A stretch of 64,000 bases of DNA from Azolla caroliniana (lineage: Eukaryota > Plantae > Polypodiophyta). The position numbers and the translations under genes were made by a program. The notes beneath the pieces are model-generated. The model worked only from the letters and a program-made list of their open reading frames with translations, did not search any database and had not been told where the DNA came from. Positions 1 through 10,779 of the stretch are shown here, one piece after another; positions within the stretch are counted from its first letter, which is position 1; the number at the start of each line of letters is the position of its first letter. The DNA lies in NCBI GenBank assembly GCA_043228905.1, contig JBHGNT010000014.1:4402001-4466000 (forward strand), given 5' to 3'.

Positions 1-326
1 GCCGTGCAGACGCAACAACAGGGCACCGGCAGCCAATGGCTCTGGTGGATAGGAGGACAAATTGCCGGGGTAGTCGGATACATAGAGGCGGAAGAAAGAG
101 CGCAGACAGAACGGTTGCTTGTCACAACCGATGAACTGGAGACGGCCTGGTCAAGGATCCGGTGCCTCGAACAAGACTTGGATCGGGTCACTGAAGACAT
201 GGCCAAAATGGCCTTAACCGCAACACAGATCCAAGCACCGGTGACTCCGGTGGATGTACATACGAATAAGACCCCGGAGACAGAAACTGTTCCAAAGAAA
301 GATGTGGCATAAGCCCAAGAGCTTGC

Positions 327-1352
327 TGACGGGAACTAAACGCTCCGTATGCGCAATGCTCAGCCACAACTGAGCTTAGAATCATACACAGAAAACGGGA
401 AAGGTGAAGACACAACACAGAGGAGAGAAAAGTATACAGGATGTTTAACGTGGAAAACCCTGAGAGGGAAAAAACCACGGGAGTCCACAGACTCCAAACT
501 ATCACTATATCACAATGATTACAACAGTGAGCCCACGGAGGCAACGACCTCGCGCTCATGACCTTCGCCACAGGCAGCGGTTACAACAGAGGCAACGACG
601 TCTTCCTCTCTCTCTCACTCTCTGTACACTGTTACACACACTCTCTTCTTACGCCAACAAGAATGACAACGACTACTACATAAAAGTTTGCCCTAAGTCA
701 TATTTATACTAATATGACTTTTCGGCTATTTACAAATATAGCCTCGATGGACTCTCAGAAACATATTTATGAATATGTCTCTTCATCCGGTGAGCACTCC
801 TCACCGGGTCTTCACCATCCGGCTCTCCGTAGCCAGGTACTCCTCATCCGGTTCTCACCGGGTCTGCACCATCTAGCTCTCCGTAGCCAGGTACTCCTCA
901 TCCATTTCTCACCGGGTCTACACCATCCGGCTCTTCGTAGCCGGGTACTCCTCATCCGGTTCTCACCGGGTCTTCACCATCCGGCTCTCCGTAGCCGGGT
1001 ACTCCTCATCCGGTTCTCATCGGGTCTGCACCATCCGGCTCTCCGTAGCCGGGTACTCCTCATCCGGTTCTCACCGGGTCTGCACCATTCGGCTCTCCGT
1101 AATCGGGTACTCCTCATCCGGTTCTCACCGGGTCTGCACCATCCGGCTCTCCGTAGCCGGGTACTCCTCATCCGGTTCTCACTGGGTCTTCACCATCCGG
1201 CTCTCCGTAGCCGGGTACTCCTCATCCGGTTCTCACCGGGTTTGCACCATCCGGCCGGTTCTCACCGGGTCTGCACCATCCGGCTCTCCGTAGCCGGGTA
1301 CTCCTCATCCGGTTCTTCTCCCTTCCCATCTGGAGGGACCTGTCTCCCAACA
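327..1352 (-). mobile_element. Solo LTR (probably Copia)
   Basis: TG...CA ends with perfect 5-bp TSD CTTGC (322-326, 1353-1357). A near-identical inverted copy lies at 9387-10347. Confidence 0.9.
800..1315. repeat. 54-bp CCGG-rich tandem repeat inside the solo LTR (~9 units)
   Basis: Unit TCACCGGGTCTGCACCATCCGGCTCTCCGTAGCCGGGTACTCCTCATCCGGTTC; it reads as the 18-aa repeat in the ORF track. Confidence 0.9.
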
Positions 1353-2682
1353 CTTGCCGACTTAAGAGACGAACTTGCCGCACAAGAAGCATTATGGAGC
1401 CGTGAATGCGACTTGAAGAAGGCGACTGAAGAAGATTTAAAGAAAACTACTGAGAACCTCCGCCGGGCAGAGGAAAACCTGCGTAAAGGACATCAAGCTT
1501 ATGACCGGCTAAAGGAGGAAAAAGAGAAATTGCTGCAGGAGAAAGACAAGCTGTGACGGATGGCAGAGACGGAAATCGAAAGGCTGAAGGAAGAACTCCA
1601 TCAACAGAAGGATCAGGAGGACCGCGCGCGCCGGCAGATCAACCAGAGGCTGAAGCAGAAGACCGATGATTTTGATCATCTACACCGGGACTACAAGCAG
1701 CTGGAGACGGAGTATAAGCAACAACAGGATAGGATGGCTGAGCTCCGGCAAGAAGTTGATAGGGCCACAACGGCACTCGCCGACGAACGAGCTGAGAATT
1801 CAAAGCTATTGGAGGAAGCGGCGATGGACCGGATGGAGCTCCACAAGCAGAACCATGAAGAAAAGGAAAGGGTGACAATGGTGTTACAGAGGTTGCAAAC
1901 AACCTATCAAAGTCAATTGTCGCATTATAGGGAGCAGGAGGCGGACATGGTCAGAATCATCAAGCAATTGAAAGAGGAGTGACAAGCCACGGAGAACAAA
2001 TCACGGATGGGAACCGAACGGATCCAGTGCATCCTCCGGGCATGGCTCACCAAGACCAAACGCTTGATTGACGAGGATGGTGGACGAAATGGGCGCAGAA
2101 TATGGCAGAACTCCAATTGCTCAAGGCAGACGTGGAAAACCTGCGGAAGGAGGGTGACGACTGTTATACGCTGACATTGGAGGACTTCACCGCCATAAGG
2201 GATGAGCTAGCCAAAGATTTCACAGCCCTGGCGGATGAACAATTGGTGCAGGTCCGGAAGCTCATAGCTCAATTGGACGACGATCGGCTGGAGGCTCAAA
2301 TCCAGTTTGAGAGCTATGAGCGGTCCCGGCTTCGGGAAGAAAAAGCAAGGGAAGCGGCAACGGTCAATCTTAGTGATGAGTAACCGTCGCCAGTACAAGG
2401 ACTAGATGGGGACCAAGCCGGGGTCGGTCAGCCAGCGACAACTCCGACAGAGGAAACAACGAAGGAAACGCCGGTGCCAGAGTGACAAACGGAGCAGCAA
2501 CCCCAAATGGAGAAGGCACAAACGGAGCAGCCACCGCAGCAGCCACAAACGGAACAACAACCACAGCCACATCAGCAACAACAAATTCCCGACGAACCAT
2601 TGGTAATTCTGGAGCAAAGCATTCTGGACATTTTGGACGAAGAGTAACAGGGCCGGATAATGAGTTCGTCGTACAAGGTACT

Positions 2683-2699
2683 GTCCCACGGGCGTGCCA
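2683..2699 (-). promoter_or_regulatory. Primer binding site, tRNA-Arg(UCU)-like
   Basis: TGGCACGCCCGTGGGAC starts 2 nt from the LTR end. It resembles the complement of the plant tRNA-Arg 3' end with a 1-nt gap. Confidence 0.65.
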
Positions 2700-3136
2700 T
2701 GTGTTACCCGGCCGGCAAGAAGGCTTAAGGATGTCCAGACCAGAGTGTGAAAGGAATAGTTTATTCGGGAACTGTTGTAATTATTTTATTAATATGGATG
2801 GACGGACCGAAATCGGTATGCCGATCCGGATCCGGACTGATTCCGAATAGGTACCGGTTGGCACCGTTTTGTACTTCGCACGGAGACCTATATAAAGGCC
2901 CGGTTACAATGTAATTGATAGTGGATAATTAATAGAACTTATTGCCTTAACCTTTCAGTATTGATTACCGTTCTGTGCTTATTGTATATCTTACGCATGT
3001 TAATGATGTATTGCTAAGTAACCGATTAAGGTCTAATTAAGCGTTGTGTCGTAAGTCATCTCGCCGTAACACCCTTTGGTGAAGTGTCTTAAGTGGACAC
3101 CCTGTGTTAGGCTGTTGTCCGGCCCTAGGATTAACA

Positions 3137-4289
3137 AGAAGTTATGGCCGCACTGGATGCCGAAACATGGCTACAAGCCATGAAATCCGAAATGGACTCG
3201 ATTCACAAGAATCAGACATGGGAGCTGGTCGAACTACCCGTTAGAAGAAAGCCACTACCCTACAAATGGGTTTTCCGATACCAATATGTATCTTACTCAA
3301 AGAAACCCAAGTACAAAGCTCGGCTTGTCGTGAAAGGGTTCAAACAAGAACATGGGGTTGACTATGACGAGATATTCTCACCAATAGTCAAGATGACCAC
3401 CCTCCGACTCTTACTAGGAGTTGTGGCGACAAAAGATCTAGAGCTTGAGAAGATGGACGTAAAGACGACATTTCTACATGGAGATCTAGAAGAAGACACT
3501 TGTATGTCTCAATCGGTAGGCTTCACGGCGATGGGGGAGGAAAGTCACCTTGTATGCCGCTTGAAGAAAAGTCTCTATGGCTTGAAACAAGCATCAAGGA
3601 TGTGGTACCAGAAGTTCGACTCCTACATCAAGCAGCTTGGATACTACCGATCAGACTCCGATTCATGCATGTACATTCGGCAACTGTCCGACAAGTCTAG
3701 GATTTATCTGATCCTATATGTTGACGACATGATGATTGCAGGTAGCAATCAAGCAAAGATCGGAAAGCTAAAGCAAAGCCTTCATGACAAGTTTGCAATG
3801 AAGGAACTCAGACAAGCTTGTCACATACTAGGCATGAGGATTGAGCGAAATCGGATGACCAAGACCCTCTGACTCTCCTAGTTTGACTATATCCGGAAGG
3901 TGTTGAAGCGCTTCAACATGGAGAATGTGACGCCACCACCAACACCGCTTCTAATGTCGATTCGACTATTGGACTGAGACTCTCCTTCAATGGACAAGGA
4001 AAGAGATCTTAATGGAAAGATTCCCTACACAACGGAATCAGAACCGGACCTAGCCTATGCCATAGGGGTGGTCAACCGATACATGTCAAATCCAGGACGG
4101 AAGCATTGGGAGACCGTCAAGCACATCTTCAAGTACCTGAGGGGGACCGAAGATACACAACTGACTTTCAGTTTCACAACCTTAGTTGAAGTCGAAGGCT
4201 ACACTATCTCTGACTATGCTAGAAATACGGACAATTGGAAGTCAACATTAGGCTATATTTTCACCTATGGTGGCGGTGCCAAATCATGA
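3137..4289 (+). pseudogene. Copia reverse transcriptase fragment (host Copia 1)
   Basis: KARLVVKGFKQ, MDVKTTFLHG, LKKSLYGLKQ and LYVDDM motifs, followed by the start of RNase H; internal stops. Confidence 0.9.
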
Positions 4290-6261
4290 AGGCGACTGAC
4301 ACTGACTCCCGAAAATATGCCTACGTCCTAGGCTAGATACGTAGGCCTCTAACGGCCTAACAGTTTCAATCTGATCCGCCTCTCCAATCTGGCTCCTGAT
4401 TCCGGATACCATCTGGACACCGATCCAGCTCTCCATTCCGGATACCAGCACGGCTCTGGCTTATTCAGCTGATCCAGATCCGGTTGAGCTTGCTCGCTCA
4501 ACGCTCCCCCTCAAGCTCAACTTGAGGTCGGATCGTGGTGTCAGTGTCTAAAATAGCCGGTCCTTTCCTCCGGCTCCTTCTAGCGTACTCCCGCCTTGCT
4601 CGCACTCCTCGTCCGGTCCGGTTCCGCTTCCCGCGACCCATCTGGTTTTGCGCACCTCGACCTCCTTGGTCGGCTTGTCTACTCATCAGGCCCATCTAAG
4701 CTCCTTCATTGGTATGACTCCGACGCTTGTAGACCCATCGGTTCCTTCGTGTTGGTGTCGAGTTCCATTGCCTTCTCATCCACTTGGCCTTTAGTTGATC
4801 TGGCCCCTTCGAATCAAATTGTTGAACCGAATCGGCTTCCTCCAATTCGTTCCAGCTCTTGTCGGAATCAGTTGCTTCCAATTCGTTCCGGCTCTTGTCC
4901 GAGTTGGTAGTCTCCAACTCGTCTTCCGTTTTTCAAGCCTTTCACCACATCGGACCACATCTGGGTCTTGGCCTTCTTGAGTTTGTCGCCATTGCCACTT
5001 GCTCCGACTTGTTCGGATGTGTTGATCCCTTCGGTCGGCTCAACTTCCTTTTTCTGCTTATCTCCCCCCTTTGTTCTTTCTTCCTCTCCGGCTCCTTGTC
5101 TAGTGCCATTAACCATTTCCGTTTCCGTTCTCCCTTTCAAGTGCGGCACGTCAAAATGCTGAATGCTGAGCATCTCTGAAAAGTGTTGCAACTTGTCTAA
5201 TCCGAACGGCTTGATGAAGATGTCGGCAACCTGCCGATCTGTATGAACATTACCGAAGTTCAACTTCACCTCTCAGGACCTGCTCACGGACAAAGTGATA
5301 ATGCACTTCTATGTGCTTTGTCTGAGCATGGAATACAGTGTTCTTGGCGAGTTGTATGATGCTTACATTGTCACAATAAATCAGGATCAGGGTCGGCACC
5401 TCGATCTGGAGGTCTTGCAGTAGTCACCGAAGCCAAATGGCTTCACAGGTGGCAATAGTAGCGCCTTGCTATTCAGCCTCAATGCTCGATAGAGCCACTG
5501 TTGGCTGCGAATACAGTGTTCTTGGCGAGTTGTATGCTGCTTACATCATCACAATAAATTAGGATCAGGGTCGGCACCTCGATCTAGAGGTCTTGTAGTA
5601 GTCGCCGAAGCCAGATGGCTTCACAAGTGGCAATAGTAGCACCCTGCTATTTAGCCTCAATGCTCGATAGAGCCACTGTTGGCGACTTTTTGTTGCTCCA
5701 CGCAAAAACCATGCTACCAATAGAAAATAGGTAACCGGAGGTGGATCGGCGATACGATGCATCACTAGCCTATTCAGCATCAGTATATCCGACTAACTTC
5801 TCGGCTATACCATGTCGGTATAATAGTCCCCGATCCTTCGTGCCACTCACATATCTCAATAGTCGATGCGTGCACTGAAGGTGCTCCACGGTGGGCTTCT
5901 GCATAAATTGGCTGATCACTACGACCGGATAGATGATGTCGGGTTGGGTGATTCTCAAGTACGAACCGTCGTCATCTTCGCTACCGGAGTGAAGGTCTTG
6001 TCGTAGTCGATTCCATGGATCTATGTGTATCCCTTCTCCACTAACCAGGCCTTGTATTGGTCGACCGAACCGTCGGCATTGTACTTTACCTTATATACCC
6101 ACTTACAACCGATCAATTTACAATGACGGGGAGTGTCAACTTGGTCCCATGTGTTGTTAGCATCGAGTACCCGCATTTCTTCCTCCATAGCAGCACGCCA
6201 ATTTGCGTCTTTCACTGCTTCTACATAGCTCTCCGGCTCACACACTTCTACCACCTTGGTT

Positions 6262-9200
6262 TGTTATAGGTTTTAGGGTTAGGGTTAAGGACGATGATAA
6301 TCATGATAAAGATAGACATGGTGGTTATGATGATGATGGAGAGTATGGGATTGATGGCGAGAGAGATCATGTGCATTGAGAAGCATTGCGGGGTGGGGGG
6401 TGGTGCCTAGAATGGCTCCACCCCCCTCCCAAGGGGATTCAACGTTGAGGGGGAGAGAGAGAGAAAGAGAGATGACAAGAGAGAGAGAGATTGAGAGAGA
6501 AAAATGATTATTCATGTTTCATTCATTCCCCATAAGGGGTTAAATAGTACAAGAGGGGGTAGATACATAGGGGTGTAAGCCCCCTCGAGCATTCATACTG
6601 GACACTCACTCACACCTCCTCGTATCCATCCACATGCACACACGCGTGCATGTGTTCACATATGTATAGACTCACAATTACATTTATGCCCCCTACACAT
6701 ACACAACAACATCATGATAACATTCGACCCTCGCTCATCACACTTGACTCTTCGTACATCTCGTACGGGGTAACACAATATGGCACGCCTGTGGGAGAGT
6801 GCCTTGCACGTCGATCCCACATGCCTTGATGATGATATTTCTTCGACCGGAACTTCCATCGATCCTTTCATTGATTGACTCCCTCGATCGGAGTGCTTGA
6901 CTCGAACATCTTTGTCGGTCAGCAACTCTTCTGCGACATGAACATTCTCGTTCTGTCGACTTACGAACTTTGGTAACATCATTTGGGTCGTCAAAAAACA
7001 TTGTATGTATGTGTGTTCTTCTTTGTATCTTGTGAGTCACGTGTGGATCACATCTATTTCTTTTAGGTTGATGAATTTTTGAAATTCCGTTGGTGCCTTT
7101 CGGTTTTGAAAATTCTAGAATTTTGCACATGCCCTTAGGTTTTTTTCGAAATTCCTTGAATGCTTTTTATCCTTCTCTTTTTCTCCCACTCTTTTTCTGT
7201 TTTCTCTTCCTGTATGCGGATCTCGTCTTGTCTCTGTCAGAGACAGTTCTTGTTTCTCTCTTTCTTCCGTAGCTTCTTATTGATTTTCTCTTCTTCCTTT
7301 CTCTCTCTGTTCTTCTTCTTCTTCTATACCCCTCTTCTTTCCTTCTTGTGTTCCATTTTCCTCATCTCAACTATTTCTTCACCTTCTTTGTCACTCTGAG
7401 TTGGTGTGGTTGGGTTTGTCTTTCTTGTTGTCTCTTCATTGGCCGTCGTCTGACCAACACCATTGATGTCCGTCGTCATTCTTCTTGGCCATTGTTCGGC
7501 GGCCACCTCTCTGTCGTCGTCTACTTCTGTGTCTCTTGTCTGGCTCGTTGTTTCAGTGTCATCGCTGATCCGTTCGTCGATTTTACAGCCACCGCCGTCG
7601 CTCCGGCCGGTGTCCAGCCATTATTTTGACCTTCCAGCCCTTCTGGTCATTCAACTGTTGTCCATCCATCTTCGTCACCATCTCTGTGGGTTCGGCATCG
7701 ACTGCGACTGTTGTCTCGGCTTGCGGTCCGTTCTAGCCGTCCGGCCATTTTGTCTGGTTCTATTGTCCCGATCGTCACCTTTGTTGTCCAGCCCGTCTCT
7801 TGTCCGCCTTTGTCCAACATGTCTCTGTCCAGCCCGTCTGGTCATCTTCATCTCCATTTATCGTTGTTGTCAGCCCTATCCGGCCAGTCCGCAGTCGGCC
7901 ATCTGTTTTGGCCGAGGTTCGTCGCTTGGTCGCTCTGTTCAGTCGTCATCCGGTTGTCGTTCGGCCGTTGATGTCTGACGGTTGTCTCTCCGTCAGTTGC
8001 TTTTCGGCGTCACTGTCTTTGTCCAACATGTCTCTATTTCCGTCTCTGGCTCCATTGCCGTTGCCGTCTCCATCTATTGTCGTTGGCTGACTTCTCTATC
8101 GTTGTCAACGGCCTTGTTGGCCGAGGTTCATTGCTTGGCTGCCCTATTCGGTCTTCATACGGATGACGTTAGACTGCCATTGTGGCCGTTGTTGTCCGGC
8201 CATTCAGGCTCTTCGGCTCCTGTCCGGCCACTCCCGACCATTCTGTGCGCTCCGATTGTTGTTCGGTCAGTTTGGCCGCTCCAACTGTTATCCGGCCAGT
8301 TTGGCTGCTCTTCGTTTTCCGATCCGGTAGTCTTATTTGGCCCATTTCGACGTGTCTATAGCCGTTGCTCATCCGTCTCTGTTCGGGCCTGTCTGGACAT
8401 TCTGGCTGCTTCTTCATCTCTGTGTGTTCTTCATGACACTCTGTCCCGTGTCACCATTCGGGTTGTTATCAACCATTCTTCCGCTCCTATCCGGCCACAC
8501 CGACTTCTCTTTTGCCGCACAGGGCCACTTTTGTGCATTCCAGCCGCTCATCCGGATGTCTGTCCGTTGTCTTTTGGTTGTGCGTCTGGTCCATCTTCTC
8601 GGTCATCTTTTGGCTGTGCGTCTGGTCCGTCTTCTCGGTCATTTGTCCGGTTCTTTCCTACCCGTTTTCGGTTGTGTCGCTTGAGTCTGTATGCTTCCTT
8701 TTCGCCCATCCATTCGTCTCTGTCTGTGCTTGTGCAGTCTAGCTTGTCCGGTTGCCTCGTTTTGTTTTGATATTGTGTAGTCAGTCGTCCATGTCTTTTG
8801 GGCGTTGTCAGTTTTTCTAGCCGTCAATGTCTCGTCAAGGACAGCGTCTCCTGCTCTGTCTACGTTGGCCCTTCTATGTTAACCAACTTTGGGTCTGCTT
8901 CCGATTCCGGTTCCGACTCTCTCTGTGTTGCTTTGTTTGGAACCATCTCTCGTGCATTCTCAGCACATTTTGCCGGCCTCCGCTCCACACACTGCGTCTT
9001 CCATTGCAGTCTCCGGGTGGGCTTCTCTTTACGGTTGTGCTGGCATTGGTTCCCTCTGCGTCGCTATTTGTCCAGCCGTGCATCTTGCACCACGCATTTG
9101 AAACACACACATTGTCACTAACCGCTTTCAGAACCATGCACATTGACACATTGACTCGCACAAAACGTTGTTTCCATTTCTGCATTCCTCCATAGACTTC

Positions 9201-10779
9201 CTCCAACATCTTCACCGTCATTTTCACGTTTCGCCATTTCTTGCACTTAGTCGCTATGGCTTGCACATCCGCATATCATTCTTCGACTTCGTCTCCAAAG
9301 GGGGTCGCCTTAGTGGTCGCCGAAAGGTGTTATAGGTTTTAGGGTTAGGGTTAAGGACGATGATAATCATGATAAAGATAGACATGTGTTGGGAGACAGG
9401 TCCCTCTGGATTGGAAGGGAGAAGAACAATGTTGATGAGCAAACTCGGCCGAGGCCGAAACCGAATGAGGAGTACCCGGCTACGGAGAGCCGGATGGTGC
9501 AGACCCGGTGAGAACCGGATGAGGAGTACCCGGCTACGGAGAGCCGGATGGTGCAGACCCGGTGAGAACCGGATGAGGAGTACCCGGCTACGGAGAGCCG
9601 GATGGTGCAGACCCGGTGAGCACCAGAGGAGGAGTACCCGGCTACGGAGAGCCGAATGGTGCAGACCCGGTGAGAACCGGATGAGGAGTACCCGGCTACG
9701 GAGAGCCAGATGGTGCAGACCTGGTGAGCACCGGATGAGGAGTACCCGGCTACGGAGAGCCGGATGGTGCAAACCCGGTGAGAACCGGATGAGGAGTACC
9801 TGGCTATGGAGAGCCGGATAGTGCAGACCCGGTGAGAACCGGATGAGGAGTACCCGGCTACGGAGAGCCGAATGGTGGAGACCCGGTGAGGAGTGCTCAC
9901 CGGATGAAGAGACATATTCGTAAATATGTTTCGGAGAGTCCATCGAGGCTATATTTGTAAATAGTATAAATATGACTTAGGGCAAACTTTTATGTAGTAG
10001 TCGTTGTCATTCTTGTTGGCGTAAGAAGAGAGTGTGTGTAACAGTGTACAGAGAGTGAGAGAGAGAGAGGAAGAGGTCGTTGCCTCTGTTGTAACCACCG
10101 CCTGTGGCGAAGGTCATGAGCGCGAGGTCGTTCCCTCCGTGGGCTCACTGTTGTAATCATTGTGATATAGTGATGGTTTGGAGTCTGTGGACTCCCGTGG
10201 TTTTTCCCTCTCAGGGTTTTCCACGTTAAACATCCTGTATACTTTTCTCTCCTCTGTGTTGTGTCTTCACCTTTCCCGTTTTCTGTGTATGATTCTAAGC
10301 TCGGTTGTGGCTGAGCGTTGCGCATAAGGAGCATTTAGTTCCTGTCAACATGGTGGTTATGATGATGATGGAGAGTATGGGATTGATGGCGAGAGAGATC
10401 ATGTGCATTGAGAAGCATTGCGGGGTGGGGGGTGGTGCCTAGAATGGCTCCACCCCCCTCCCAAGGGGATTCAACGTTAAGGGGGAGAGAGAGATTGAGA
10501 GAGAAAAATGATTATTCATGTTTCATTCATTCCCCATAAGGGGTTAAATAGTACAAGGAGGGGTAGATACATAGGGGTGTAAGCCCCCTCGAGCATTCAT
10601 ACTGGACACTCACTCACACCTCCTCATGTCCATCCACATGCACACACGCGTGCATGTGTTCACATACGTATAGACTCACAATTACATTTATGCCCCCTAC
10701 ACATACACAACAATATCATGATAACATTTGACCCTCGCTCATCACACTTGACTCTTCGTACATCTCGTACGGGGTAACA
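6262..10779 (+). mobile_element. Non-autonomous two-LTR element with Arg-type PBS (LARD-like)
   Basis: LTRs at 6262-6775 and 9328-10779 (the latter split by a solo LTR). TSD TGGTT/TGGTC inside Copia A. PBS TGGCACGCCTGTGGGA at 6781. No gag or pol motifs in the 2.55-kb interior. Confidence 0.85.
9387..10347 (+). mobile_element. Solo LTR, same family as 327-1352
   Basis: TG...CA ends with perfect TSD ACATG (9382-9386, 10348-10352), a 54-bp repeat array and a TATAAATA box. Confidence 0.9.

Larger units (their letters stand above)
4..2383 (+). pseudogene. Coiled-coil accessory ORF of the Arg-primed element, decayed and split by a solo LTR
   Basis: E/K/Q/R-rich heptad-like ORF pieces (4-312, 1357-1982, 2102-2383) separated by single stops or frameshifts. 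LRDELAAQEAL...LRKGHQAYDRLKEEKEKLLQEKD aligns with LREELKAQEAL...LRKGRATNDRLQEEKEKLQKEKD at 58120-58455 (-). Confidence 0.65.
1..3136 (-). mobile_element. Arg-primed (Tat-like) LTR retroelement, runs off the left edge; LTR 2702-3136
   Basis: LTR-like TGTTAC...TTAACA at 2702-3136, after which a Copia RT resumes. A tRNA-Arg-type PBS (TGGCACGCCCGTGGGAC) lies on the minus strand next to it. LTR end, PBS region and ORF are homologous to the element at 56349-59451. Confidence 0.7.

Noticed and set aside
714-1556. 280-aa ORF with 18-aa repeats (also 9254-9943)
   Set aside because: It is the read-through of a stop-free 54-bp LTR repeat fused by insertion to the host ORF; several frames are open.
1357-2383. 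SMC/myosin-like host gene
   Set aside because: Only coiled-coil composition; it lies inside an LTR element and has a homologue in a second element.
4282-4292. TSD AATCA/AGTCA for Copia A
   Set aside because: Imperfect; the bases also read as host RNase H codons, and both host and LTR sequence are missing here, so a deletion explains it better.
7348-9266. Many overlapping ORFs
   Set aside because: They result from strong T/C strand skew that lowers stop frequency; no recognisable motifs.
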